Below are positions 37,898-46,926 of a DNA stretch of 64,000 bases, one piece after another. A program made the position numbers and the translations under genes. Every line of letters starts with the position of its first letter. The stretch's first letter is position 1. The notes beneath the pieces were generated by a model that had not been told where the DNA came from, searched no databases, and was given only the letters and a program-made list of their open reading frames with translations. The DNA comes from Parcubacteria group bacterium GW2011_GWA2_43_11 (GTDB lineage Bacteria > Patescibacteriota > Minisyncoccia > Phycocordibacterales > UBA12088), in NCBI GenBank assembly GCA_000998805.1, contig LCFC01000004.1:2446-66445 (forward strand), in the 5' to 3' direction.

Positions 37898-38284
37898 CTA
37901 GTATTCTATTGTTTGAGCTGTTTTTATGGCTTCAGTAAGGTCTGGAATGAGTCTATCTTCAGGTATACCTACTGGTATACCGATGATGTAAGTTGAATCT
38001 ATCTTGTCGAGTTTCTTGAGGAACTGCAGGTTGGTGTAGGCGTCGAAATCATGGCAGGTGACACGAGGAGTTTTGCTAAAGGCCTCGAGATTTTCAAATA
38101 CGGTAACCTTTTCTATTCCAATCACGGTGTCGATGATGATCATATCCTTTTCCACTCCCCATTCTTCGTTTGGGTCGAGTACGATAAAGGTGACTTCAGG
38201 AAACAATTCTCTCAGCTTCGGCAGAAGTCGTATGGGAAGTGAGTCCATTTCTATGTCAGGGTTACCAAAAATGTATACATGCAT
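37898..38284 (-). CDS. Hydrogenase maturation protease-like protein (HyaD/HycI family, short)
   Basis: IFGNPDIEMDS, IIIDT, TCHDFD and IIGIP motifs. Confidence 0.75.
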   Translation of the reverse strand: MHVYIFGNPDIEMDSLPIRLLPKLRELFPEVTFIVLDPNEEWGVEKDMIIIDTVIGIEKVTVFENLEAFSKTPRVTCHDFDAYTNLQFLKKLDKIDSTYIIGIPVGIPEDRLIPDLTEAIKTAQTIEY

Positions 38285-38353
38285 AAATGCTAGTGTACAG
38301 ATAAAGCGCCGAGAGCAAAAGCAATCGGCGCTCTATAAAGAAAGGAAGAGCGG

Positions 38354-38896
38354 CTATAGCGGAAAATCCAGCGGGACAAGCTCGGCGATTTCGAAGTTGT
38401 GCACGAAAACTTTTATCCCAACCTCGACAGGGTATCCAAGGTGGTTGAAAATAACCACGGAAGGATTTTGTGGAAAGCGTGAACCAATCACCTTACCTCG
38501 ATGAAGAACATTTTTACCTTCTAGTTCCAGATCGGTCACTTCTACGAGAAAAACAGGTGTTTCTCCTTCTTGCACGTGTTGGTGTTCACTTTCCCAGTAG
38601 TAGTACATCTCTTCGATGGTGGGTTCCCGGCCATAGCGCGTTTCAAGGATTAAAAATGGTCGCGGAATAAATTTTCTGATGAATTCGTCACTTGGAAAAC
38701 GACCATACTCGATGATTGTTTTGAGTATGGGGTTATTCTCAAGCGGAAAATTCCTTTTCATGTTGTGCACGCAGGTAAAACCGTACAGTGCACATACTTG
38801 AGAGGGAGTTTCAGGAATGGGGACAGTGTGAATGAGTGTTGCTGGTTGGAAAACAGGGTCGGTATTGCATCGGGTGTCTGCTGAGTGAAGTATCAT
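38354..38896 (-). CDS. Hypothetical protein, possibly a distant DUF6390 relative
   Basis: SD AAGGAGG; YYW..H and C-terminal VGIKVFVH..IAE resemble EAYW and GQFITLHW..CE of the neighbour. Confidence 0.55.
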   Translation of the reverse strand: MILHSADTRCNTDPVFQPATLIHTVPIPETPSQVCALYGFTCVHNMKRNFPLENNPILKTIIEYGRFPSDEFIRKFIPRPFLILETRYGREPTIEEMYYYWESEHQHVQEGETPVFLVEVTDLELEGKNVLHRGKVIGSRFPQNPSVVIFNHLGYPVEVGIKVFVHNFEIAELVPLDFPL

Positions 38897-38964
38897 AATT
38901 CCTCCTTTGACGTTTTTCTTTTCCTACAGGTATTTTCTTTTGTTATTATGTGGATATGTCTTGC

Positions 38965-39690
38965 TTAGTCAAGGTTTGCTATTTGTATAGCTTTCAATGT
39001 GTGGAATTTGAGCTGTTCTATTATTTTCTCAGTGAGTACCTCGCAAGGGATATCCCAATGAAGTGTAATGAATTGTCCAGGCTGTAGCATCTCGATGTCA
39101 TATTCAGCCTCAAGCCTACGCACTATCTTTTTTTCTATCGGTGCTCCAAGGAAAAACTTGTTGTTTAGAATCTGAAGTGGTTCATAAAGTAATGTGATGT
39201 TTGGACCACTCACTTCAATGACCTTGCCCCAGCTAATACGGCAGGAATCAATTGCGTTAATGGTTGCACTATCTGGAGAGCCCATTTTTTTTGGCACAGC
39301 AAGAACATGGTAGTTGTGATTGGGAAGAATACCTTTACTGATACGGTCTTCCAAAACTCGAAAAGTTTTTATAGGGAGCTTATCTTTCAGTCGCAAATCA
39401 TCAATAAAGTATTGATGTAGAGTGTTTTTATCCACACCGCTAAGGAGTTCATTGCCTATCCAGTACGCCTCGACGACGCGTGGGTCAAACGGGTCAGGTA
39501 TGTGGTTGCTCCGAGCTATGCGGTCAAGGTACGGGTACAGTGTTTCAAATCCTCGTAGAAGTTTTTGCAGACCAAAGTCGGTAAAGCCGTCGTTGAGGTA
39601 GTCCCAAATTTCTCTGTTTGCATCTGGGCCACAAAAGTGAAGCCTATTTGGCCCAAACGCATAGCGACTACAACGAAGTACTCCGTCCAT
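38965..39690 (-). CDS. DUF6390-like hydrogenase-associated protein
   Basis: MDGVLRCSRYAFGPNRLHFCGP, YPYL..IA, VVEAYWIGN, PNHNYHV, CRISWG, LHW. Confidence 0.7.
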   Translation of the reverse strand: MDGVLRCSRYAFGPNRLHFCGPDANREIWDYLNDGFTDFGLQKLLRGFETLYPYLDRIARSNHIPDPFDPRVVEAYWIGNELLSGVDKNTLHQYFIDDLRLKDKLPIKTFRVLEDRISKGILPNHNYHVLAVPKKMGSPDSATINAIDSCRISWGKVIEVSGPNITLLYEPLQILNNKFFLGAPIEKKIVRRLEAEYDIEMLQPGQFITLHWDIPCEVLTEKIIEQLKFHTLKAIQIANLD

Positions 39691-39753
39691 GATGTGAAGT
39701 ATACACAGTTTACTTAGAGAATGTGCGAACAAAATGACACACACATATTTTTA

Positions 39754-40971
39754 TTATTCAGTTGAACTTAGAATGTGTTGAATTTTTTCCCAACAATCTG
39801 AAGGTGTTGTTACTATCGAATGGATACGTTTTTTAATTATATTGTGTGCGTACTTTCTTTGTTTTGGGGTCAATGGAAGTGTCTTTCTGGTTGATGTTAG
39901 TAACATACTTTTCAATGTAGCAATTTCACCCTCACTATATTTGCCAAAATCAATTTTCTTTAGTTCCTCTTCGCTTAATATTTCTTTTAATCTTTTCCCT
40001 ATCATTAAAATATATCTAATATTTTTTATGGTATTTTCGGTTTCCTGTTGGGATCTTTCTCCTTCAAACTTAATGAGAGAATCATTAACAACTATTTCTA
40101 AAGTTGATTTTGCAGGAACATTGAAATCGCTACAGTATTTTTCAAAATCACGGGCAAGAGTATTACGTATATACGTATTAATTCGAAGTAATCTATTTTC
40201 TGTTATTTTTTTCTCACCTTTTTCGTATGAGCCATTATCAATATTTTTTATAATCTCAGAGATGTCAGCCCATGCATCTTTCCCCTGTTGATCAGACCGT
40301 AAGGCTTCTACATAATCCTTTTCTTCCAAAAGGATTTTTGTTGGATCATCTTCACACTTTTTTATTCTATCGTGAATTATGAGAACTTCTTCTTTTGAGA
40401 GCTTATCTATATTGAAACCAGGTAGTATAGAAGTGATGTATTCTATTTGTTCACGAGCATCCTCCATTCCTTCAACATCTTCTTCCAATAAACGTAGTGA
40501 TGTAAAAGATAGGTTAGAAAAAGTTTCATATCGATTTGAAATATCGGCTTCACTAAGTTTGTTTTCATAGTAGTCTCTCATTACTATTTCTTTAGGCATT
40601 TCGCCTTGTTGTTCACTCGCTTCTATAGTTGCGTCGCCTTGATCTTTTTGAAGTTCTTCGGTGTCACCGTTTTCAGCTTGAGAATCATTGGTACTAAAAA
40701 GATCTTTTTGAGCTTCAAGAGAAAGAATATTTCCTGATAAAGTGTGAATTTTATTGATATCCTTGTTTATAAACGCGTCGTCAAGTAGTTCTTTCGTGTA
40801 CGATATTCTGTCTTCAAGTAGCTCGCACACTTGTTCATTTGTTAAATCTAGTCGCAAACTATTCTCTTTTTCGCTATAGACGTACGAAGCATTTCTGCGT
40901 AGTAGTTCGGCGTCCGACAACACTCTTTCTCTTTGCATATCAACAATTTCCTGTATTTTTTCACCTTCCAT
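39754..40971 (-). CDS. AT-rich, Glu/Lys-rich hypothetical protein inserted between DMT and DUF6390
   Basis: 405-aa ORF of visibly lower GC, bracketed by a 41-bp direct repeat. Confidence 0.75.
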   Translation of the reverse strand: MEGEKIQEIVDMQRERVLSDAELLRRNASYVYSEKENSLRLDLTNEQVCELLEDRISYTKELLDDAFINKDINKIHTLSGNILSLEAQKDLFSTNDSQAENGDTEELQKDQGDATIEASEQQGEMPKEIVMRDYYENKLSEADISNRYETFSNLSFTSLRLLEEDVEGMEDAREQIEYITSILPGFNIDKLSKEEVLIIHDRIKKCEDDPTKILLEEKDYVEALRSDQQGKDAWADISEIIKNIDNGSYEKGEKKITENRLLRINTYIRNTLARDFEKYCSDFNVPAKSTLEIVVNDSLIKFEGERSQQETENTIKNIRYILMIGKRLKEILSEEELKKIDFGKYSEGEIATLKSMLLTSTRKTLPLTPKQRKYAHNIIKKRIHSIVTTPSDCWEKIQHILSSTE

Positions 40972-41063
40972 ATTTTTATAATTAATTTATATCCTTAAAT
41001 GAATAGTACCATGAAGAAATCAATAAAATGTACTCAAAGAGAAGTGGATATTTATATGACGTA

Positions 41064-41104
41064 GGCCCAAACGCATAGCGACTACAACGAAGTATTCCGT
41101 CCAT
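41064..41104 (-). repeat. 41-bp direct repeat of the DUF6390 5' end (partner at 39650-39690)
   Basis: GGCCCAAACGCATAGCGACTACAACGAAGTA(T/C)TCCGTCCAT, 40/41 identical. Confidence 0.95.
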
Positions 41105-41107
41105 ACG

Positions 41108-42031
41108 TTATCCAGTGACGGCTATCTTTGAAGTGGTAATAGTCCCTGAATGCCTCATAAAAAAGATGATACAGGTGGTGCCAAGTATCATGAGAAAACC
41201 AGAGAGCGCTTGAGTTTCAGTAAGTGTACCTGTTATGAAAACAGCGGTAAGAATATTAGTAACGAGTGTAGCGGGTACGAGAAGTGTAGCAACGTATGCC
41301 ACAGGTGCGTATTTCAGTGCAGAATACCACGTGACGACATAGCCAAGTAAAAAGATACCAGTAAGTGCTGTCCATAGGGTACTTATCGAGGTCATGTCAC
41401 CTAAACCTGACAAGCGCCCGGTCACCGCAAGAAAAATACCTAAGAATATTGAACCAAATAGCATTCGTCCACTCGCAACGATATGTACAGAAAGTTCACC
41501 TAACATTTTCTTAGCAAGAAGGTGTTCAACCGCCCAGAAAAGTGTTGCACTAAAGACAAGTAGCTCCCCCGTACTTCCTGTAAACCCTCCAAAGCCACCA
41601 ATGACAAGATTCGAAGCAAAGAGTAAAGAAACCCCTAACCATTGTAATGGAGAGAGTTGTTCACGTAGAAAAAATATAGCAAGAAGCGCAACCCAAATAA
41701 ACAGTGTTTTGTGTATCATTGCTCCGTTAATGGCAGGAATCATATTTAGTCCTGTAAAGAAGAGTCCAAAAGGTATCGCTCCGCCTATAAGACCGATAAG
41801 CACCAACTGCCCCCATTGTTTTTTTGAAATAGTACCTAGCTCCTCTTTTTTTGAGTACGCGAGGACAATACCAACCAAACATAATGCAACCATTGTATTT
41901 TTTAACCCAGCAAATAGGATAGGGTCTTGCAAAGAAGTAGCTGCAAATTTGTTAATAAAAATCGACACACCAGAAATACAAGCGGCGCTCAACGCAAGAA
42001 CGGTAGGATTTTTATAGAGTGATAGTTTCAT
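41108..42031 (-). CDS. DMT/EamA family transporter
   Basis: About 10 TM segments in two EamA-like halves; likely start at ATG 42031. Confidence 0.88.
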   Translation of the reverse strand: MKLSLYKNPTVLALSAACISGVSIFINKFAATSLQDPILFAGLKNTMVALCLVGIVLAYSKKEELGTISKKQWGQLVLIGLIGGAIPFGLFFTGLNMIPAINGAMIHKTLFIWVALLAIFFLREQLSPLQWLGVSLLFASNLVIGGFGGFTGSTGELLVFSATLFWAVEHLLAKKMLGELSVHIVASGRMLFGSIFLGIFLAVTGRLSGLGDMTSISTLWTALTGIFLLGYVVTWYSALKYAPVAYVATLLVPATLVTNILTAVFITGTLTETQALSGFLMILGTTCIIFFMRHSGTITTSKIAVTG

Positions 42032-42092
42032 ATTTTTTATTGAGGATATATGCTTAAAGTATACACGTTTTACATTTTTTGTACGTCGGGCT

Positions 42093-42584
42093 GTGGTATA
42101 CTGCAAGATAGTGATTGACACCAACATTGAGAATAATTTCCGACATATTAGACCCTACTTAGGTATCTTACTTGTGGGAAGTATGGCGCTTGGGTTTGGA
42201 TTTATCGTTACGAGTGCTGCTAAGCAACTCGCACAAGCCATAGAACCCATTGCTTCTGATATTGAAGGTGCACTTACACTTGTGTCGTCTGAAACTGTGC
42301 GGTATGGAGATACGGTTTCGTATAAAGCAGCAGTCAACAATCTTACCAAGGGTACGTCGAACATATACATTACTACTGTGTGTTTTCAAGGAGAAACAAT
42401 GGTATTTCAAAAGAGCGTCACTCAAGGCATCTCAGTTCGTCTGTATGATCAAATGGTGAGTGAGTATGAATGGAATGGAGAAGACGCGTCTTGTACTGCT
42501 GCGTTATTGTATCGAACTTCTGCTTCAGATATTCACCAAGTTATTTTAGTTGATTCAGTGAGTTTTGATGTATTGGCTCGTTAG
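42093..42584 (+). CDS. Membrane-anchored hypothetical protein
   Basis: N-terminal TM segment and beta-rich domain; start uncertain (GTG 42111 plausible). Confidence 0.6.
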   Translation: MVYCKIVIDTNIENNFRHIRPYLGILLVGSMALGFGFIVTSAAKQLAQAIEPIASDIEGALTLVSSETVRYGDTVSYKAAVNNLTKGTSNIYITTVCFQGETMVFQKSVTQGISVRLYDQMVSEYEWNGEDASCTAALLYRTSASDIHQVILVDSVSFDVLAR

Positions 42585-42649
42585 TTCTAACTGAGCGACG
42601 TTGTGGTGTTTTTGCTCTCTTTCTACACATCTATATACTAGAGAGACCT

Positions 42650-43990
42650 ATGGCATACGAAGCATTTCAAAAAGGGTTAACCAAGGAGCTCGTAGAGCAC
42701 ATATCTCACAGCAAGAATGAGCCGGTATGGATGAAAGAGAGACGTCTTGAAGCATTTGCACTCTATGAAAAGACCCCACTTCCTACATGGGGTCCAGACT
42801 TAGCAAAACTCGATTTAGAGAACATTGTCTACTATATTGATCCGGAAGTAGCCGAGGCTACTCGGTGGGACGATTTGCCGACAGAAATAGTCGACACTTT
42901 CAATAAGCTCGGGATACCGAAAGCCGAGCAAGAGTACCTCGGTGGTGTGGGCGCGCAATATGACTCACATGTGGTGTACCACAAACTTAAAGAATCTCTT
43001 CTGAAGGATGGCGTTATTTTTGAGGACATGGACTCCGCGCTCAAAAGCCATCCTGACATGGTACAAGAATATTTTATGAATACGTGCGTTCCTGCGCGGG
43101 ACCATGCGTTTACCATGCTCCACGGGGCGGTCTGGAGTGGTGGTACGTTTATATACATACCGAAGGGTGTCAAAGTGGCGGAACCCTTGCAGGCATACTT
43201 CAGAATGAACAGAAGCGCGAGTGGACAGTTTGAACATACACTTATCATTGCTGACGAGGGTTCCGAGGTGACGTACATTGAAGGGTGTAGTGCACCGAGG
43301 TATAACGCCTCATCACTTCATGCGGGATGTGTCGAGATATTTGTACGTGCACGTGCAAAGATTAAGTACATCAGTGTTGAAAATTGGTCACACAACACGT
43401 ACAACCTCAACACCAAGCGGGCACTAGTAGACGCCTATGGAGAAATGAATTGGGTGAGTGGTAACATGGGGTCTGCGGTGACAATGTTGTATCCGTGCTC
43501 TGTGTTACGAGGAGAAGGTTCAAAAAGTGACAACTTGAGCCTCGTTTTTGCCGGTAAGGGGCAAGTGCAGGACACGGGGGCAAAAGCGATACATCTCGCG
43601 CCACATACATCAAGTACGATTCGCTCAAAGTCAGTCAGTAAGGACGGGGGTATTTCGAACTATCGAGGTTTGATTAAGGTTTCTCGAGATGCTGTAGGAG
43701 CTTCTGCTTCACTCGTGTGTGACTCACTCCTTCTCGACCCTCTCTCAGAAGCGAACACCTTTCCCTCAGTGATGAACAAACAGGATGACGTTATGATAAG
43801 TCACGAGGCAACCATAGGGCGCATAGGGGAGGAGGAGCTGTTTTACTTGGAGAGTCGAGGGCTTACTCGGGATGATGCTATCCGTATGATTGTTTCTGGA
43901 TTTGTCGACCCTATTACCAAAGCGCTTCCACTTGAGTATGCTGTGGAGTTTAACAAGTTGATTGAGTTAGAGATGGAGAGTAATGGGTAA
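42650..43990 (+). CDS. sufB: Fe-S cluster assembly scaffold SufB
   Basis: GVGAQYDS, AVWSGGTFIYIPKG, GQFEHTLII, YIEGCSAP, HEATIG, FYLESRG. Confidence 0.96.
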   Translation: MAYEAFQKGLTKELVEHISHSKNEPVWMKERRLEAFALYEKTPLPTWGPDLAKLDLENIVYYIDPEVAEATRWDDLPTEIVDTFNKLGIPKAEQEYLGGVGAQYDSHVVYHKLKESLLKDGVIFEDMDSALKSHPDMVQEYFMNTCVPARDHAFTMLHGAVWSGGTFIYIPKGVKVAEPLQAYFRMNRSASGQFEHTLIIADEGSEVTYIEGCSAPRYNASSLHAGCVEIFVRARAKIKYISVENWSHNTYNLNTKRALVDAYGEMNWVSGNMGSAVTMLYPCSVLRGEGSKSDNLSLVFAGKGQVQDTGAKAIHLAPHTSSTIRSKSVSKDGGISNYRGLIKVSRDAVGASASLVCDSLLLDPLSEANTFPSVMNKQDDVMISHEATIGRIGEEELFYLESRGLTRDDAIRMIVSGFVDPITKALPLEYAVEFNKLIELEMESNG

Positions 43991-44016
43991 AAAATTGTAA
44001 ATTTCAAATTAGCATC

Positions 44017-45228
44017 ATGGACCTCGCAAAAATTAAAAAAGACTTCCCTATACTTTCTAAGAAAGATGCGTTGATATATTTGGATAGTGCGGCAACATCC
44101 CTCACACCCGAGCCAGTACTTGAAGCTATGGACGCGTACTACCGCACGTATAGGGCAAATATACATCGAGGACTATACAAAGAAGCAGAGCGAGCAAGTA
44201 ATGAGTACGAGGAGGCACGGGTGGTGGTTGCGCGTTTTATTGGCGCACAAGCTGATGAAATAATTTTTACTGCGGGGGCAACGGGTTCTTCAAATATGCT
44301 CATGTACGCGCTTGAACATACAGACATGTTTCAAGAAGGAGATGAGGTTGTGACCACGATTATGGAGCACAGTGCGGTACTCATACCACTTCAAGCGTTT
44401 GCGAAACGGAAAAAACTCAACATCCGCTATATCGAGCTTGGTGAAAACTTTCAACTTGACTATGAGCAAGCGGAGCAAGTGATTACTTCTAAGACAAAAC
44501 TCGTAGCTCTTACGCTTGCAAGCAATGTTCTCGGTACGATAAACGATGTTACACGCGTTGCACGCCGTGCGCATGAGGTGGGTGCTCTTGTGATTGTCGA
44601 TGCGACCGCAGCAGTGGGTCACATGCCTGTCGACGTGACATTACTTGGTGCAGATTTTCTTTTTTTCTCCGGACATAAAATGTGTGGACCGACGGGTGTG
44701 GGAGTGCTGTATGGAAAAAAGAGTGAGCTTGCAAAACTGACCCCGAGCTTCTTAGGTGGTGGTATTATTGAAGACGTGACTCGTACCGATTTTGTGCTCG
44801 GTCTGAAGCCGTGGAGTTTTGAGGCGGGGACACCGAACATTGCTGGTGTCATAGGGCTTAAGACTACAGTTGAATATCTTGAAAAGATTGGTGTCGAAAA
44901 GATACAGACACATTGTCGAGAAATACTTGCATATGCTCAACAAGAGTTACAGAAAATAGAAGGCAGTACCTTATACTCGGCGGAACCAGCATATAATGTG
45001 GGAATCGTTTCTTTTACACTCGATACTGTGCACCCTCACGATATGGCTGAAATACTTGGTAAAAATGGTGTAGCGGTGCGGGCAGGACATCACTGCGCTG
45101 TTCCACTACATACGGAGCTTAATGTGCCCGCGACAACACGAGCAAGTATATATTTGTATACAACCGAAGAAGATATAGACGCACTGGTTAGTAGTATAAA
45201 AAAAGCTAAGGAAATTTTTAATATATAA
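44017..45228 (+). CDS. sufS: Cysteine desulfurase SufS
   Basis: YLDSAATS, ANIHRG, SGHKMCGPTG, FEAGTPN, RAGHHCA. Confidence 0.95.
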   Translation: MDLAKIKKDFPILSKKDALIYLDSAATSLTPEPVLEAMDAYYRTYRANIHRGLYKEAERASNEYEEARVVVARFIGAQADEIIFTAGATGSSNMLMYALEHTDMFQEGDEVVTTIMEHSAVLIPLQAFAKRKKLNIRYIELGENFQLDYEQAEQVITSKTKLVALTLASNVLGTINDVTRVARRAHEVGALVIVDATAAVGHMPVDVTLLGADFLFFSGHKMCGPTGVGVLYGKKSELAKLTPSFLGGGIIEDVTRTDFVLGLKPWSFEAGTPNIAGVIGLKTTVEYLEKIGVEKIQTHCREILAYAQQELQKIEGSTLYSAEPAYNVGIVSFTLDTVHPHDMAEILGKNGVAVRAGHHCAVPLHTELNVPATTRASIYLYTTEEDIDALVSSIKKAKEIFNI

Positions 45229-45256
45229 ACTTCAAATTATAAATTATCGTTATGAG

Positions 45257-45378
45257 TCCCGTTAGAGACGAAAAAGAGTAGAATAGTAGAAAGCAGTTTG
45301 AATAATGAAAAACACATAAAATACAAACATTAATAGATTAACCGACGCCCCGCCATGGCGGGGCTGTCTCTAACGGGA
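45257..45378. mobile_element. MITE family B (122 bp); its right end overlaps the sufU ATG
   Basis: Perfect 13-bp TIRs TCCCGTTAGAGAC / GTCTCTAACGGGA. Confidence 0.75.
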
Positions 45379-45746
45379 TGGACTCTGAAATTTATAAACA
45401 GCACATACTCAACCACAATAGTAAGCCTCATAACAAAGAGGAGATGTTTGAGCCTGATGTTCGAGTGCCTGCTAAAAATGCTTCATGTGGAGATTCTTTT
45501 ATTTTGTATTTAAAACTAGACGGTACAACAATACAACAAGCAACTTTCTCGGGTGTTGGTTGTTGTATTTCGCAAGCAGCAGCATCGATGTTGACTGACA
45601 AATTGAAGGGTCTATCTGTTGAAGAAGCAAAGACTATTACCGAAGAAACAATATACTCGATGCTTGGTGTAGAGGTAACCGCAGGGAGACAAAAGTGTGC
45701 ATTACTTTTATTCCGAGGATTAGAAGAAGCTCTTAAATCTATTTAA
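45378..45746 (+). CDS. sufU: SufU/IscU-family protein
   Basis: IYKQHILNH, NASCGD, GCCISQAAASM, RQKCALL. Confidence 0.9.
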   Translation: MDSEIYKQHILNHNSKPHNKEEMFEPDVRVPAKNASCGDSFILYLKLDGTTIQQATFSGVGCCISQAAASMLTDKLKGLSVEEAKTITEETIYSMLGVEVTAGRQKCALLLFRGLEEALKSI

Positions 45747-45765
45747 AAATTTCGAATTGATAACC

Positions 45766-46557
45766 ATGCTCGAACTAAAAAATATTTGTGTAGAGATTTC
45801 CTCGGATGCAGTTTCGAAAGAAAACGAGGGGAAAAACGTCGTACGGGATACGTCCTTGTGTATAGAAAGTGGTAGTGTCTCGGTACTTATGGGACCTAAC
45901 GGCTCTGGAAAGAGTACCCTCGTCAACGCACTGCTGGGGCATCCAAGCTATCGTGTATCGTCTGGAATACTTGAACTAGATGGTGTCGATATAACCAATC
46001 TTCCTACGGAAAAGAAAGCACATCTGGGTATTTTTCTCTCCATGCAGAATGTGCCAAAAGTTGGAGGATTAACCCTTGCGACGTTTCTCCATAAGGCGTA
46101 TGTCGCTACGCATCAGACTGATATATCGGTACTTGAGTTCTATGTGAACTTACGGGACAAAGCTAAGCTATTTTCAATCAATCCTGATTTACTTGATCGT
46201 CCATTAACAGCAGGACTTTCCGGTGGTGAAAAAAAACTTTCTGAAGTGTTACAGCTTGCCGCACTGCAACCCAAATACGCCATTCTTGATGAGATAGACT
46301 CCGGGGTAGATATAGATGCGCTCCATACTGTCTTTAAAGCTATTGACGCACTCAAGAAGGAGGGCACCGGCTTCCTCATTATCAGTCACCACCCGTCACT
46401 TCTTGACCACCTTGCACCAGAACATGTGTACGTGATGAGTGGGGGGAATATGGTTCGTAAAGGGGGAAGAGAACTCGCGGAGGAAATAATCAAACATGGC
46501 TTTTGTGACGTGATTCAATGTAGTCTCTCAGACACCTGTAGTGGGAAATGTGGATAG
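45766..46557 (+). CDS. sufC: Fe-S assembly ATPase SufC with Cys-rich C-terminal tail
   Basis: MGPNGSGKSTL, LSGGEKK, LDEIDSGVDID; tail CDVIQCSLSDTCSGKCG. Confidence 0.92.
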   Translation: MLELKNICVEISSDAVSKENEGKNVVRDTSLCIESGSVSVLMGPNGSGKSTLVNALLGHPSYRVSSGILELDGVDITNLPTEKKAHLGIFLSMQNVPKVGGLTLATFLHKAYVATHQTDISVLEFYVNLRDKAKLFSINPDLLDRPLTAGLSGGEKKLSEVLQLAALQPKYAILDEIDSGVDIDALHTVFKAIDALKKEGTGFLIISHHPSLLDHLAPEHVYVMSGGNMVRKGGRELAEEIIKHGFCDVIQCSLSDTCSGKCG

Positions 46558-46736
46558 GAGAGTTAGTGTGCGGCCTGCCCTGTACCGAGCTTACCCCGTA
46601 TTTCCTGTGTATAGTGTTTGGGTACAATACTTTCTGAAAAAAATAAAGGTTTTATTGCGTTACGTAGCAAAAAAACCTTTTAAGTTTTGTTTACGTAATA
46701 AATACATAAAAACAATAAAATACGCTATTTTTCGCA

Positions 46737-46904
46737 GGGTTGACCCGGTAGTGAAAATTGACGATGCATTTCATGCGCTACATCTAGAGGATTTAGCCTC
46801 GTCAATTTCTACTACCGGGTTGACCCTGTAGTAGAAGTTTACGATGCATTTCATGCGCTCAACCCTTGGTTTGAGCCTCGTAAACTTTCACTACAGGGTT
46901 GACT
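46737..46904. repeat. Two tandem ~80-bp hairpin repeats (family C)
   Basis: ACCC(G/T)GTAGT..AA.TT.ACGATGCATTTCATGCGCT...CCTCGT.AA.TT..ACTAC.GGGTTGAC, twice; inverted third copy at 50557. Confidence 0.85.
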
Positions 46905-46926
46905 TCGGTGTGACTTGCGGTAGTAT
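46899..46926 (+). promoter_or_regulatory. Putative tuf promoter
   Basis: TTGACT-16 nt-TAGTAT; the -35 box is at the repeat end. Confidence 0.5.

Noticed and set aside
46737-46904. Tandem repeats as a possible CRISPR array (also 12573-12733)
   Set aside because: Only 2-4 long hairpin units, no identical repeats with unique spacers, and no cas genes.
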